Shown piece by piece: positions 1 through 13,400 of a stretch of DNA of 64,000 bases. Positions within the stretch are counted from its first letter, which is position 1. Each line of letters begins with the position of its first letter. Location: contig NC_068981.1 of the NCBI RefSeq assembly GCF_001194135.2, forward strand, positions 166,831,549 through 166,895,548. The letters run 5' to 3'. The notes under the pieces were generated by a model, which worked only from the letters and a program-made list of their open reading frames with translations, was not told where the DNA came from and did no database searches. The position numbers and the translations under genes are program-made. The DNA comes from Octopus bimaculoides (taxonomy: Eukaryota).

Positions 1-1624
1 AATTCTAGTATCATGAAAAACATGTAAACTAAAATAGAATATATCTATTACAAAATGAATTTAACTTGTTGAATACGTAAGCAAATTTAAGAAATAGACT
101 AAATGGCAAAGTGGAAATAGCTATGGGTTAAGAATCATATATATTCAAAGAGAGAGGGAAGTGGATGTTATGAAGGAAAGTGGCATAATCTGCACAGTCT
201 GGGGGTAAAGAATTGGTAGTTATGATAACCAAAGCAAAACCACAAACATTCAAAATTTGGTAGAGGAAACAGTTAGGGATCAGATAACATGGAGAAAACT
301 AATGAAATAAACTTCAAAATGTGACCTCTGCTAATGGAAGATATTTCATTATGTTGAAATTATTGTTAGTTTATCAGTAATGGTGTTCATTATCTGTTAA
401 TTTTCCCACAATGAAAGATCTCAGGTTCCCAACTGGAACTATCATACTAAATTGAGTCAACGAAGTAGTCTTTATATGGTTACTTGACCGGTTAGAATTA
501 GCAACCAAATCTCCTTCAAAAGTTCACCATATCATCTTAAAACAAATGAACAAGTGTTCCTGAGTACAACATGTCAAATAAGAAAGACTAAATGGTTGCA
601 TGAGAAAAGTCAGTTGAATGAACAAATTGAATCAAGTGATAATCAATAAAATATCTAGTTAGCTACTAGACATAACTTTATCAAAGGTTTATTGAAATGC
701 TTGGTTTTCTTTTCTTCACATTCCTAGTTGTTAAACAACTTCCCACTTCTATCACAAAAGAACAACAAATTCAGTTATTGTGAACATTTTTCAAAACATT
801 TACTATTATGATACATGAACATTTTTCAAAACATTTACTATTATGATATATCATTAATTTTTTTTTTTTGTTATAAATTTAAATCATTATGCCCAATAAT
901 AACTAACTCTACAAAGTCATACATCATATGAATAAGAATTCATCTACCAAACAGGTGCTATTCTCTAAAATAGAATCAAGAGTGATAGTGGCTCTAGAAG
1001 GATGTTTAGGGATTATTGTAATGGATAAAGAGGGAGTTACTGGTCAACAAGTCTGATAGGTGTAGTTTGAGATAGTGATGATTACACAAAAATAATAAAT
1101 AACAGTAAGGTATGTGGTTATTTGACTTGTTAGGAAGAACATCTAAATCTTCCTGGAATTTCATCCTAGTGTCTTAAAAATAAAAGGAGACAGAAGATAA
1201 GAAAATCCCACATATGCTTTAAAAAAGATGGTTATGGCTGAAACACCATTGGGTGTTGATCTGTTCAATCAATACTGAACAATGGTCAAATAATACCAGT
1301 TATTTAACACAGAGTAACAGATGAAGGTAGTAAGTTGTCCAGTTTTTAATTGAGTTTAGATAATACTGAAATACTAAAAGAAAAACATGATTTATTGTTT
1401 TTAACAAGAGCAATATCGCCTGTGATATTTTGAAAATCACAAATAACATATACGACCTTCAAACGTTGGGCCTCACAGAGGCGATGACAAGTGACTGAGA
1501 TCTTTGGAGATATGCTATGCTTGAGAAGACCCAGCAAGCCAAGTGAGACAGTGACTGTGGCTTATGCCAGTGCAGCATATCTGGTCCTTTCAATCATTGG
1601 GCAATAAACTGTGCTTGCAAAGAC

Positions 1625-2075
1625 CTGTCGAGTCAAGTCAAGTCATTGTTGTGGCCGATGGCAGTACAGCCTGATTGACACCTGTGCCAATGACACGTAA
1701 AAGCACCATTCAAGCGTGGTCAATGCCAGTGTCGCCTGACTGGTCCTGTGCCGGTGGCACATAAAAAACACCATTCGAGCGTGATCATTGCCAGTGCTGC
1801 CTGACTGGTTTCTGTGCCGGTGGGACATAAAAAGCACTATTCAAGTGTGGTCAATGCCAGTACTGCCTAACTGTCCCTCGTGCCAGTGACACATAAAAAG
1901 CACCCACTACACTCTTAGTGTGGTTGGCATTAGGAAGGGCATCCAGCAGTAGAAACTTTGCCAGATCAGATTGGATCCTGGTGCAGCCTTCTAGCTTGCC
2001 AGCCCTCAATCAAATCGTCCAACCCATGCCAACATGGAAAGCGGACGTTAAACGACAACGATGATGATGATGTTA
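1625..2075 (+). mobile_element. (GAT)n-tailed SINE / non-autonomous RTE-related repeat with internal tandem units
   Basis: Core AAGCACCCACTACACTC...TTAGGAAGGGCATCCAGC...CCAACCCATGC..CATGGAAAGCGGACGTTAAACG(ATG)n. Further copies at about 9050-9270(-), 15640-15860, 22440-22700, 46680-46912, 55320-55465, 57240-57445 and 60880-61060(-). Confidence 0.8.
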
Positions 2076-2727
2076 CAATGGTATTTGTTAGCAGGTGGTG
2101 AATTGGTAGAATCAATATAGAATATTGCAATATTTGTCCTGGGTCAATGTTCTGAGTCTGAATCCTACTGAGGTCACTTTTGCCTTTAATTCTCCCAGGG
2201 TTGATAAAAAAAAATTACCAATGTGCTAGAGTGCAGCCCTATCTCCCTACACGAGTCATATATTTAAATTTCTACAAGGTAAATGGCATAGAGCATGAAA
2301 GGATGTGTCTACTGAAAAATGAGAGCAGAAACACGGAACATGCAACTATTAAGTCATATTCAATCATGAGAATTAACCATGTTGTTGAGACATCAGACCT
2401 TTCTCTCAAGGGAATCTTTTATCTCATGATAAAACATTGAGTGTCTTACAGGATGTGTTATGAATAATACTAGCACTGCACAGTTAGTATTATACATAAA
2501 ACTACCTCATAATTTAGCTTTCTCTCATCATTCACATTGTGTCCCCGAGATCTAACACTAACAACTTTTCTGTAATTCTTCACCTCTCCTTACCTGAATG
2601 TAATATTCTTGAATATTACATTCTTGCCCATATTTTCTACATAACCATCAACAGTTCAAGTGCATCAATCTCAGTTTTATAGGAGAGCCTGCGAAGGCTA
2701 TGTGCATAGCCCATCCTTCCTTTAAAC

Positions 2728-2846
2728 CAGTAATGGGCAAATTGTGACCTACCTAATCAAAAATTACCTGGAATTTTTTTTCTTAGTAGTGCAGCCCACC
2801 TGATCATGATGTGGCCCACTTCTCAAAAAAAGGTTGCCCGTGCCTG
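2728..2846. mobile_element. hAT-type MITE
   Basis: Terminal inverted repeats CAGTAATGGGCAA / TTGCCCGTGCCTG; 8-bp target-site duplication ctttaaac (2720-2727) / ctctaaac (2847-2854). Confidence 0.7.
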
Positions 2847-5800
2847 CTCTAAACCAAACCATTAAAAGCATGTATGGCAGTCCACCTAAATTATCACATT
2901 TGACAATGGATTGACTGAATTATCAAAGCATTGGACAAAATGCATTGCAATATTTGTTCCAGTCCTTTATGTTCTTCAATTCAACTTTGCTTTGTATCCT
3001 TCTGGAGTTACTAATAGGAAGTACCACTCAAACACTATTCCCAATTTTCAGAGTTTATATTAGAAATGATTATAATAATAATATTGTTTTTTAATATAAA
3101 GCACAAGGTTGGAAATTTTATTGGCTCTAGAAGGACAAAGTTGACCTCAGTGAGATTTGAACTCTGAACATAAAGTGCTATAACTAAATACTCTGTCAAT
3201 CTGTTTCTAAACAGGCTACAAATTCAAGAGAAGAGGTTGCACAAGTGAATCAACCTCAGTACTTGACTGGTACTTTATTTCATCAAAGGAAGAAAGTTGA
3301 ACTCAGGATTTAGACTCAGAATATAAAGGGCCAAAACTAAATATTGCATAGCATTTTATCTAATGTTCTAATGATTCTGCCAATCAACAACCCTAATAGC
3401 AGTAATAAGTGCACTCATTTTATACACAGTCTGTGTGCAGTCTGGAGATGGACTCTAGAAGTGCCAAATTTATCATGAAAATAAAAGAATGTTTCAAATA
3501 ACTTTTTCTTTCTTTTGACTTTCATGTTAATTTTCTTGTAGTCAGTGAGTGATCTAGTGAGGAAGTTCCAACTTCATAAACGTGTTTGAGAAAGAATTTA
3601 TCTCTACAGTGGCACACCAAAAGAATCATAGATGGACAAATCAACAGGATACTAAAAAATTAGCCATGGAATCTGGGTGGGGGTTCACATCCTTTTGTTT
3701 CTACTATGTCTGTGGTCAAAATAACTTTCAACAGTCGACTGTAGCAAGATAGAATGGTTTATTACTGTAAGCAAAAATAGACAGTTTGGTTGTATCACAG
3801 AGATGAGTTTTAGACATTTTGTAGACATGGGTCATGGTCCAAAACTCCAGGTTCACTAGAAAAGGAAGACGTCTAAGTCAGAACTAAATATGGAACGTCA
3901 CCAACATGAGATTTTAATTAGTTACTTTTCAGTTTAAAGCATTGCTGAGGCCTGAAAGGCTTACTCTCTGTATTATTTCTGGTCCCAGTATTGGTGCCTT
4001 CTAAATTATTTTGAATTATGTATAATTTGAGAACATTTATAAATTAATCTAAACTGCTACTGTTTAGAAAACGTTTCTAAAATCATTTAAATTGTTTCCT
4101 ATTTTATCAAGCCAATTTAATCTATCAATATCAACTATAATAATGAATTTGAAATTTTTAAAATATATAGAACCATAAATAACATTAATAAAATACAATA
4201 AAATAAAATCAACAATAACATGAGGGCGGTTTCTAATTGTTGTAATATGACACTGAATTTTGTTTTCACAGCGTCAACAAACTGACATACATTCAAGTTA
4301 CAGAAGTTTCTAAACACTATATGGTATGCCACTATGTGAGGGTGTGAAGATCTGTTAAATGGTAGAATCAGGGGTTCATATTAATGCTCTAACACAGATA
4401 ATGAAAATAAATAAAACCATTTTATCACGTTAAAAATGATTTCAAGTCAGATATTTTTTTATATATTTCTTGCTAACATAATGACAATGCCCGTTTATGT
4501 GCACAACAATAAAAGTGGCATTGCATAAAATAAATTAAGAGCCACAGCTGTAGAGACAGAATTAAATCATTGCTCACACTTGACTGTGGTTTGATTATTG
4601 GGGTATCAAAGGGAACTTAAAATCAGGACTCTAATATTAACTGATTGTTAATAAGATTGCACGTTTAAATCATGGTATTCCTGACACATTACATGGTACA
4701 TTGACAGGAACTCTAATAATAATACAACTAGTTTGAACCCGATTTCTTCATTGCGTCTGATGCAAGCTATCACTTATTTAAATTAGTTGTAGTAACTTTA
4801 AGGTAATGAGGCAATTTCTGACTAAATGAGTCAAAGGAATTAAATTTTAAACAAAAATTAAAGTATACTTTACAATGAGATATTCTCATGATTCTTCTAA
4901 TGTAGACCTGATATAATTCTTAAAAAGAAAACCTTGTTTTAATATGAAATGAAAATCTGGGGTAAAAAAAAGAAAGAAAGAAAGAAACTGTTGGTCTAGT
5001 AAGAACATTAAAAAGCTAAACTCAGTTCTTCGCAATATCTATTTCGGTACGGCGCTGTTCCGGAGGCAGTTTTTCGCCACTCATCTGGGGTCCATAAATA
5101 AGTACCAGTCATATAATAGAGATTCTACTCAAATCAATAGAAATTACTACAGTTGTTTAGATTAACAAAAATAAAAAAGAAAGAATCCTGACCAATTCTG
5201 GTACGTTATAATGACCAATAGCACATAAAAGGTATTTGTTGAAAGTTCCATCCCATATTTTTCCATTCAACCAAATTTTCTTAGATGTAGAAATATCTTT
5301 TTTCCCCCCAATTAAAAAAGCATATTCGGCAATTCATTACAAAAATACATATAACAAATTATTAAAAACAAAATCTTTCAGATAGTTTTCTTTTTAAGGA
5401 CGATGTGTGACCCTTATTCATTCAATTGCTTCAACAGTTAACCTAATGATGTATTGATACATATGACGTTAATAGAATCAATTCACAGATGTAGCCCGAA
5501 ATCGAGGTGTACATAATCATTAGAATACTGATCTATTTCCATATTGTCTACATGTAACTTAACATCAATATTCATTTAAAACATCGAGCTTTTGTGCTTT
5601 AAAACCGAATTACTTAAACGAAGAGGTGGCAAAAAACAGTTTATATTATAAATAATTTCTAAAATATGTCGGCCGGCTGAGTTATGGAAGTTTGGAAGAG
5701 CGATGTGGAGAAGCCAAGCTGTCAGTTTAAATGTTATCACAATGGGTTCTGTTAGTGTTTGTGACACACCTACACAGATGATTTTTAAAACGATCTTTCA

Positions 5801-6759
5801 TTAATATATATCATCTGTCTATTAAGAAGTAAACATAGTTGTCGTGTAAGTTTCCAAACGTTGACAATATGTTGATCATATAGACAGAGAGAGAGAGAGG
5901 ACCTCGCTTGAAAAAGTAAGAAGAAAATAATGACCAAGATCAGAACATTTAGTTCATTATAAATATGTCTTCTGCAATTAATGAAATAGTTCATCACAGT
6001 AAATAATATATTCTATATGTTAAATTTGTTAAAGTCTGGCTATCCACATACAATATGTGAGACTTCGGTGGAATACATTCTAACAGAATCAACACGTAGG
6101 CAGGTAAAACCACCTTAACAGGATTTTTATATTCCGTACGGAGAGATAAGCCAAAAATCAGAATTAAGGTTAATATATAGAGAAAGCTTAAACAATCTGA
6201 AGACATAATTTAGAAAACTAAGAAGATTTTTGTGAAGAAAATCTCTAGTTTTCTGAGTCAGTAGCTTTAAATATTGCCTAAATTATGTCGTCAGATTTGC
6301 TTCGGGATTATCTGTATGGAAGGATAAACCGCTGATACACACAATCTGAGAAGGTTAATAACTTAGAGGCAAAGATTTCAAATTGGTTGAAAGTTGTAAA
6401 GAGGAAACAACATAGATTGGCTTTTATAAGTTGTCAATTTGGACAAGTTGAGATTTAGAATTGTCATTGCATTTAAGAATAAACCAGCGAGGAAATGCTT
6501 GAGATACTATACACACACACACTATACATATATATATATATATATATATAGTTAATAAAAAAAAAAACAAAGTGTAGGAGTGTATCAATATGATTATGAA
6601 ATAAGGTTTTAAATGAGGAGAAATTAATTCGCTACAAATAATGACAACCCCAAGACAATTTATCAGAGGGACAAAACGACGGAATCTGCATGAAGTTCTG
6701 GATCCATAAACTAACGGAATTATTTCCTCTATTTATAACAGAGAAACAACAACACTTAC

Positions 6760-7000
6760 CTTAAAACGTCACCAAGATATCAATTAAAGAATACGGACTA
6801 AACACATGAGTATCAATGTAACAGATAAGTTGCAAAGCCCAAAAAAAAAGCAATGGGTCAAACAGACTTTCCAAGAGTAACTTAGTCCGTCTCTCTCTCT
6901 CCTTTTCTTCCTTCTCTCTTACTCACTCACTCACTCCCTATCTATCTTTACTCCCTCTCTTGATAACAGTATCACTGATACTTTCTCACAGCTTTCAGTC
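6760..7000 (-). other. Putative non-coding first exon of a minus-strand gene
   Basis: Consensus donor AAG|GTAAGT on the - strand (intron starts at 6759), next to the CpG-rich promoter; 5' end approximate; no convincing downstream coding exons identified. Confidence 0.4.
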
Positions 7001-7170
7001 AACGCTGTGCCACGTACCGCTCACTTCCGGTACACATGCGTATTACTTGCCACGTAGACAGGAAGCATCTGGAATGTTGGGATGTGAAGTGTCGCGTGTA
7101 CAATGAATGATGCGAGAGAAGAAGGCGTGAACAGTATTTCGTTCCTGGCTTAACTCGACCCTTTTATTCC
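6990..7170. promoter_or_regulatory. CpG-rich promoter of an unidentified (probably minus-strand) transcription unit
   Basis: CpG cluster; ETS site ACTTCCGG (7023-7030); two TGCCACGTA copies 40 bp apart (about 7008 and 7048). Confidence 0.5.
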
Positions 7171-10039
7171 GTTTTAAATTCAAATCGTAATTTTGCAAGA
7201 TTTATTTTTATTAAAAAAAAAATTAATCGATAATAGTATTTTATTTATAAATAAAATTTTATTCCTGTTTAATTTCACAAATTTATTCCTATTGCCTTCC
7301 AATCAGCATGAACCATTGCCTTATCTTATTCGTCGTAGATAATGTTTATCAATAATTAATTAAACGTCAATAAATTCTATATCTTTTTGTCCTTCCATTA
7401 TATATGGAATTTGTTTCTCAAATTGTTTGGAACAGTTCTCTTTACGCTTTTATTTGAATGAAATACTTGTTCAATTTAGAATCTAGTTTTATAATTTTAA
7501 AAAATCATTTTTTTTTTTTGTTAAAATTTGTTTATTTTTCTTATTGTCTTATATTTGTTTTTAATGAATATCAGCTATCGAAAAAAATAGCAATTTACTC
7601 CCTCGTTCCCATCTTTTTCTAAAAAGTGCTTAAGTCAGCTGTTATCTGAAAATGGGAGAAATTACCTAGTAAATACAGAACTTTCCAGCTGATGTACGCA
7701 TAATTTCTCTTGACTTCGACACTTTGTTGTGAGATTTTGAAAATCAAAATCTTTTGTATATCATATTACAGCGAAAAGTGACTCGGTTTCAATTCCCAAT
7801 TGCCTGTGAGAAACGTATAAACGTTGCCTCTACTCTCACCCTTGTTGATAAATCTGAAAAGAAGTGTGTCACACACTTATTTTTGCTTTTTGGGCTGTAC
7901 TTCTAACATTTAGAATAAGAAAAAGAGAATATTTTAAAATCTGTAGTCAACTTTAATAGTTGGTTTTTATTCCATGGTTGGTAAATTAGCAGAATTGTTA
8001 GAGTATCAGAAAATTTCTTCTGGCATTTGTTCCAACCCATTACGTTTTGAATTCATATGCCACTGAGGACAACTTTGTGTTTCCGTTTTCCATAGTTAAC
8101 AGGAAATAAAGTACCAGACAGGTATTGGAGTTGACTAATCGTGGCTTTGTGTGTGTTAGAAATAATTATTAATATTTTTTTAGGGTACAGTTTCTTAAAT
8201 TATAACCATAGAAAATTTCACATTGAAATTATCATGAAACAGTATAATCATGGTGTAAATGGAAATATTAATTATAAATGTTAATGTTTTCTACTTGAGA
8301 TAAATATTTTAAAAGAAACATTTGTAGAAATTACAAATTGTCTTGGAATAATTAAAGTAAACTGTTTAGTGAGAGATTAATCGATATTTGAACTTACACG
8401 TTCATGATTTAAGTTGTGAACAGCTGTTTCTTATATTTTATTTTTATTATTCTTTGGAATGCTAAATGATGATGATGATAATGAGGATGAAATAATTTTT
8501 GTCTTAATATTACAAGAAAAAGAAAAATATGTAATATTGAATGAGAATCAGGTTAACATGAAAGGAATTTGATGTAGCTAGGTTGGTAAATGCTTCAGCT
8601 AGCAAACAGAAAAACCTTAGTAAATGAAACGTTAGGACACTAAAATAATTCCAAGGATTTCTTCTCTTCAACAAAGTCTTTCTTTCATTTATCTATCTTA
8701 GAAGATTATATACATATCACTCATTTGAAACACCATCAGCATCAATGATATTCAATAATTAGAAAGAATTTATATTTCCAGTATCAAATATATGTGGCCT
8801 CAGAAATTCAAATCAATTGATTTATTTATGTTTATTATGTGGAGTGAAAATGGAAATGAAAGCTTTCGACACGTTTGCATTTTTTGATTGATCCAATGAG
8901 CCAGTGAAAGAGGTCTCTGTCAGTCACTTGACCTTCTAGAAATAGCAATGAAATCTTAGAGATAACACTCTGCCACTAAAAAAAAGTAACATGTTTGGCT
9001 AATGTAATCCAGAATATACAAAAAGATAAAATGATCACAATTGAAATCATCATCATCATCGTCCTTTAACGTCCGTTTTCCAAAGATGGCATGGGTTGGA
9101 TGGTTTGACCAGAGTTGGCAAGCTAGAGAGCTGCACTAGGTTCTAGTCTGATTTGGTTTGGATTCTACATCTGGATGCCATTCTTAGCGTCAACCACTTT
9201 ACTGTTTCTGCTAGGTGCTCTTAACGTGAAGCTGGCACGAGTGCCTTTATGTGGCACTGGCATGACTCTTGCAGGCCAATCTTCCTGCTTGATCAGGGTG
9301 AGACAATAAGAACAGATTGAGACAAGTTGTGATGAACTATTGTATAGCAAACCCATGCAATTCAAACCAACTGGCTAAGTCATATATGAATTATACTGTG
9401 GCTGATACTTATAAGCTTATTTAAGGTGTTTCTGTTTATTTTTGTTATTGAAATGGTACTGCGGTCATTCATATGGAATTCACTTTCTTTTGCATTATGG
9501 CAGTATAGGTTGAAACAGGGTTGTGATATGAGCACTTTTATTATGAACAAAGCCTGCAAGAGCACTTAAAACTCAGCCCTGAAAATTATCAAAATATTCA
9601 TGATTTTAATGGTATAGAAGTAAGCAGCTCAATTTATTTATCATTAGGTGTACTAAGCGATTAGGATTTAAGTCTCTTGTTACATATACAGTGTAGCACC
9701 AGTGATGACATACAAACCAATGACCCTTCAGCCAGACACAAATCTCTACATGTGGTTATTTAGAACTGGCCCTGTTTTCACAAAAAAGATAGTTGTAAAA
9801 CATCCTTTTCCCAAAATATGGCTGCTATATAAGAATGCTTATACTTCATTATGCTGTTCATGCTTAAGAGAAACACTTTAATTTCAAAAAGCCTCAATTA
9901 CTTTCAAGAATAAGTTGAATCTTTTGTAACATACAGACAAAATGCCACTAAGCATTTTGCTCAGTGTGCTAATGATTCTTTCAGCTTGCCACCTTAATAA
10001 TAATAATAATATTAATATTAATAATAATGGAATTGCATA

Positions 10040-10440
10040 GTCAGCTCCACTGTGAAACTAACAACTTAAAAGACCAGGAAGTATCATGGAGGTGACGTAA
10101 AAAAGAAGGCTGAAAGCCTAATCATCGCTGCCCAGGATCAAGCATTGAAAAGGGATATATATACCACACAAGTGCAATGAACCTCTGCAGAATGTGTGAG
10201 AAGATAGTTGAAAGCATGACTCACATTGTTAGTGCTTGTGAAAGTTTTGTGAAGACACGACAAAGTAGCCCAAAACCTTCACTGGCTGCTATGCTGGAAG
10301 TATGGATACAAGGTAACAAGTGCTTGGTACCAACATACACTGGAAAAGGTAATGGATGAAAAGTGGAAGACTTTGATTTCCAGACAAACAAGGTGTTAGA
10401 GCACTGAAGGCTGAATGTAGTATTCATCCCCTTGGGATGG
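10040..10440 (+). mobile_element. R2/R4/NeSL-type non-LTR retrotransposon C-terminal remnant
   Basis: AESLIIAAQDQAL, CRMCEKIVESMTHIVSAC (CCHC zinc knuckle), then W DF...D.VLEH-type restriction-like endonuclease remnants. Confidence 0.65.
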
Positions 10441-13400
10441 GGGTAGGTTGATGAAATAGAGAACCAATCAAGTACTTGGATTGATGGTATTGACTACTTC
10501 CCTCCCTTGAATTTTGGGCTTGTGCCTATGTTAGAAACTATTATTATTAAGGATGGTGGATTAGTAGAAGCATTAAAGCATCAAACAAAATGCTTTGCAG
10601 TATTTGATCTAGTTTTTTTACACTCCGAGTTCAATCCCGCTGAAGCCAGCTTTGTCTTGCATCCCTCAAGGGTTAATAAAATAAAGTGTAAGGTGTCATT
10701 CAAGTACCAGGGTCAATATAATCAATCAGTCCTTTCTCTGTGCTAGAATTTATAAGTTCACTGTAAATTTTGATAAGATAAACTCATTTTAAAAAGTGAG
10801 TTTATCTTGAAAATTTTGATAAGACAAACTCATATAAAAAAGTGAGTTTATCTTATTAGGAATAATTTTTTAAAGGGATTCTAAATATATGAGTCTTGTG
10901 AATGTTATTTCCATTGTGCATATGTAAATATTTGACTCTATCAGAATTGTTTGATCATTTCAGTGAATATCAAGGTGAAATTTATAGAAGAAACTGATTT
11001 GTGAAAATATATACATACAGTGCCCGAAAGCTTAAAAAAGAAAAGAAAAAGCTTGAATAATATTGTAGAGAGAATCAGTCCTTTCTTTGTTCTTTAATGA
11101 TCAGATAATGATCTCTGTGTTTCTCTTGCTAAGCTTATTTACCTGCAGTATAAAGTACAAGGAACATTGACAGGATCTATAAGTGAGTGAAATCCTACTT
11201 ATCAAAGCTCCAAAAGCTCCAGTTCAACCATTCAAGTCTATTTATAGATTCTGTCAATGTTTCTGGCACTTTAGAATGCTGTATATTGACTTGTACACTT
11301 ATTTGACAATTATTTGTTGTTTTCTATCTGCTTATATCAATATATTTGTTTGCTTGTCTACTTTTAATTTGTGGGTGTAAGAACTTTTGATGATTAGTCC
11401 TTCTCGTTCTTTAACTATATTTGATTCTGCTTGGATTATTAACATGATTTGGAAACACAGCTGGCTTATTACTCGTGAAACAGCTGCAAGAGAAGTTCAG
11501 GCACACAAAAATCTGCTGTGTAGCAGTTGGCTGAGAGAATGCATTTTACAGGTTATGACGTAATAGATTGGAATATAAAAAAAAAAATTATAATGTAGGT
11601 GACTGTTTTGTGAAAAACTTTCAGATCATGTTTTTGAGCTGGTCAGAAGTAGCTTTAAGAAAAACTCAGCTGTACTGTCACCTTCTTTTGATCTTTAAAA
11701 GAAAACATAAGATTTAAAGTTATGATAATGAAGTTTNNNNNNNNNNTTAAAAGAAAACATAAGATTTAAAGTTATGATAATGAAGTTTGTAACAGTGTAG
11801 TGTATTTGTTATCAGACTTAACTGGCAATCAATTATTTCACAGTTAGCTTTTGCTCTTTTTTTTTTTTTTTTTCACATGCTTTTATATTTCTCTCTATAT
11901 ATATATAAATGAATTTGTATATATTATTGCTTGCTAACATAGCAGGGATGAGATTTGCAAATTTGGACATTTTCCTATTTTTTAAATTCTTTTTACATCA
12001 AATTATTCAGTTATGAAACCTAATGCTAAGAGCTTTTTACAGTGGCTCTAGCAACAGTAAAAGAACAAATAATAACAATGTTATTGGATTTGTAGTAATT
12101 TCCTGAGAATTGATCTTCTAACATCTCTGTCTAGATAAGGTGTTCTTTTAGCCACAAAAGCATATTTTGCAATATAAATCTTCAAGTGTTGAACCTCAAA
12201 TATGGACAACTGAACATGCTTTTTAACTTTTATGCCAGCAATTAATATTTTGTGGCAGCTGTGTTTAATTACAGACTAACTTCTGTCTTATATTATTTAC
12301 ACACCAAAATGCAGACAAATCATTTAAAAATATTTTATTGTTTTCTTATACAAAGCCTTGATTGTAAATTCTTGTAAGAGATTGGCATCATAGAGATTTT
12401 AATGATCTAGATGCAACTTTAATCTACTTCATACGAAGATTGCTAAAAGACAATTCTCTCACCTCCCTCTAGAAAATCATCCAAAGATGTAGCCAATCAT
12501 TAGGCTCTGCTTTGTGTCAAAGTCTATTAAAAGATGATTCTCTTCCAGTGAACATTGAATAAAATCAAATCATTTTCATATATAAATAAAAACAGGTAGA
12601 AAGAGGCAGAATCTAAACTTGAGCATTGACTGTTAGTTCCTGTATTTTCTGGCATACAGGTCAAACATTTCAAACTAAAATTTACAGCCAAAATAGGTAG
12701 GTTGACTTTGGAGGACCAACAGTTCTGTGTGAAATGCAGCAGTGTTTGGAAAGATAGTGATGATGCTTGAATGTTCACCCTATATATTATGTTGACTTGT
12801 ATGCTGAAAATACAGTAAGCCTATTAACCATTATATAAACATTATGACATGCTATCCATTAATTTGTCTTTAGATCCTATAATGTAGCATGGGAAACAGA
12901 ATCTTTATGAAAAATCTTTTTAACCTTTAAAAATTTGCTACTGTGCTGCAAATACTCAATATAAACCACATTCCTTTAAGTTTTACAATACAAGACTACA
13001 ATAGTTCTCTTATGTAGTCTATGTCTAACTCACAAAATTAATAAAACTTTTTGGAATAATCAACAATATGCTGATTATTATGAATCTTTCAACATTATAG
13101 AATCAAATGTGCCACCTTTCTTTTGATTTTTTTTCTTTTGCCGCATGGTATTTGTTTTAACTCTTTATACTCTAAATTTAAGTACCATTTAGTCTACCTT
13201 GACTTTCAACAAAAGAATGATGAAAATGTACCCATTCAATGGTGGTGAATAGAACTTGTAGCATATACATTCAAGCATAGCATGCTGTTTGTATCCCGTT
13301 GTGTCCACTACTCTGATTGGTTGGTATTGGCACAATTTGTTGCCTACTCTGTTGTGCCAACTGACCATGGATAGCCAGTCAGAGACTTTAGATAGCATCA

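Noticed and set aside
1640-1900. Repeat-spacer-like array resembling a CRISPR
   Set aside because: The units are degenerate tandem modules of a eukaryotic SINE; there are no unique spacers or cas genes.
8460-8800. Possible Harbinger-like transposase remnant
   Set aside because: Too degenerate; no diagnostic motif could be read.
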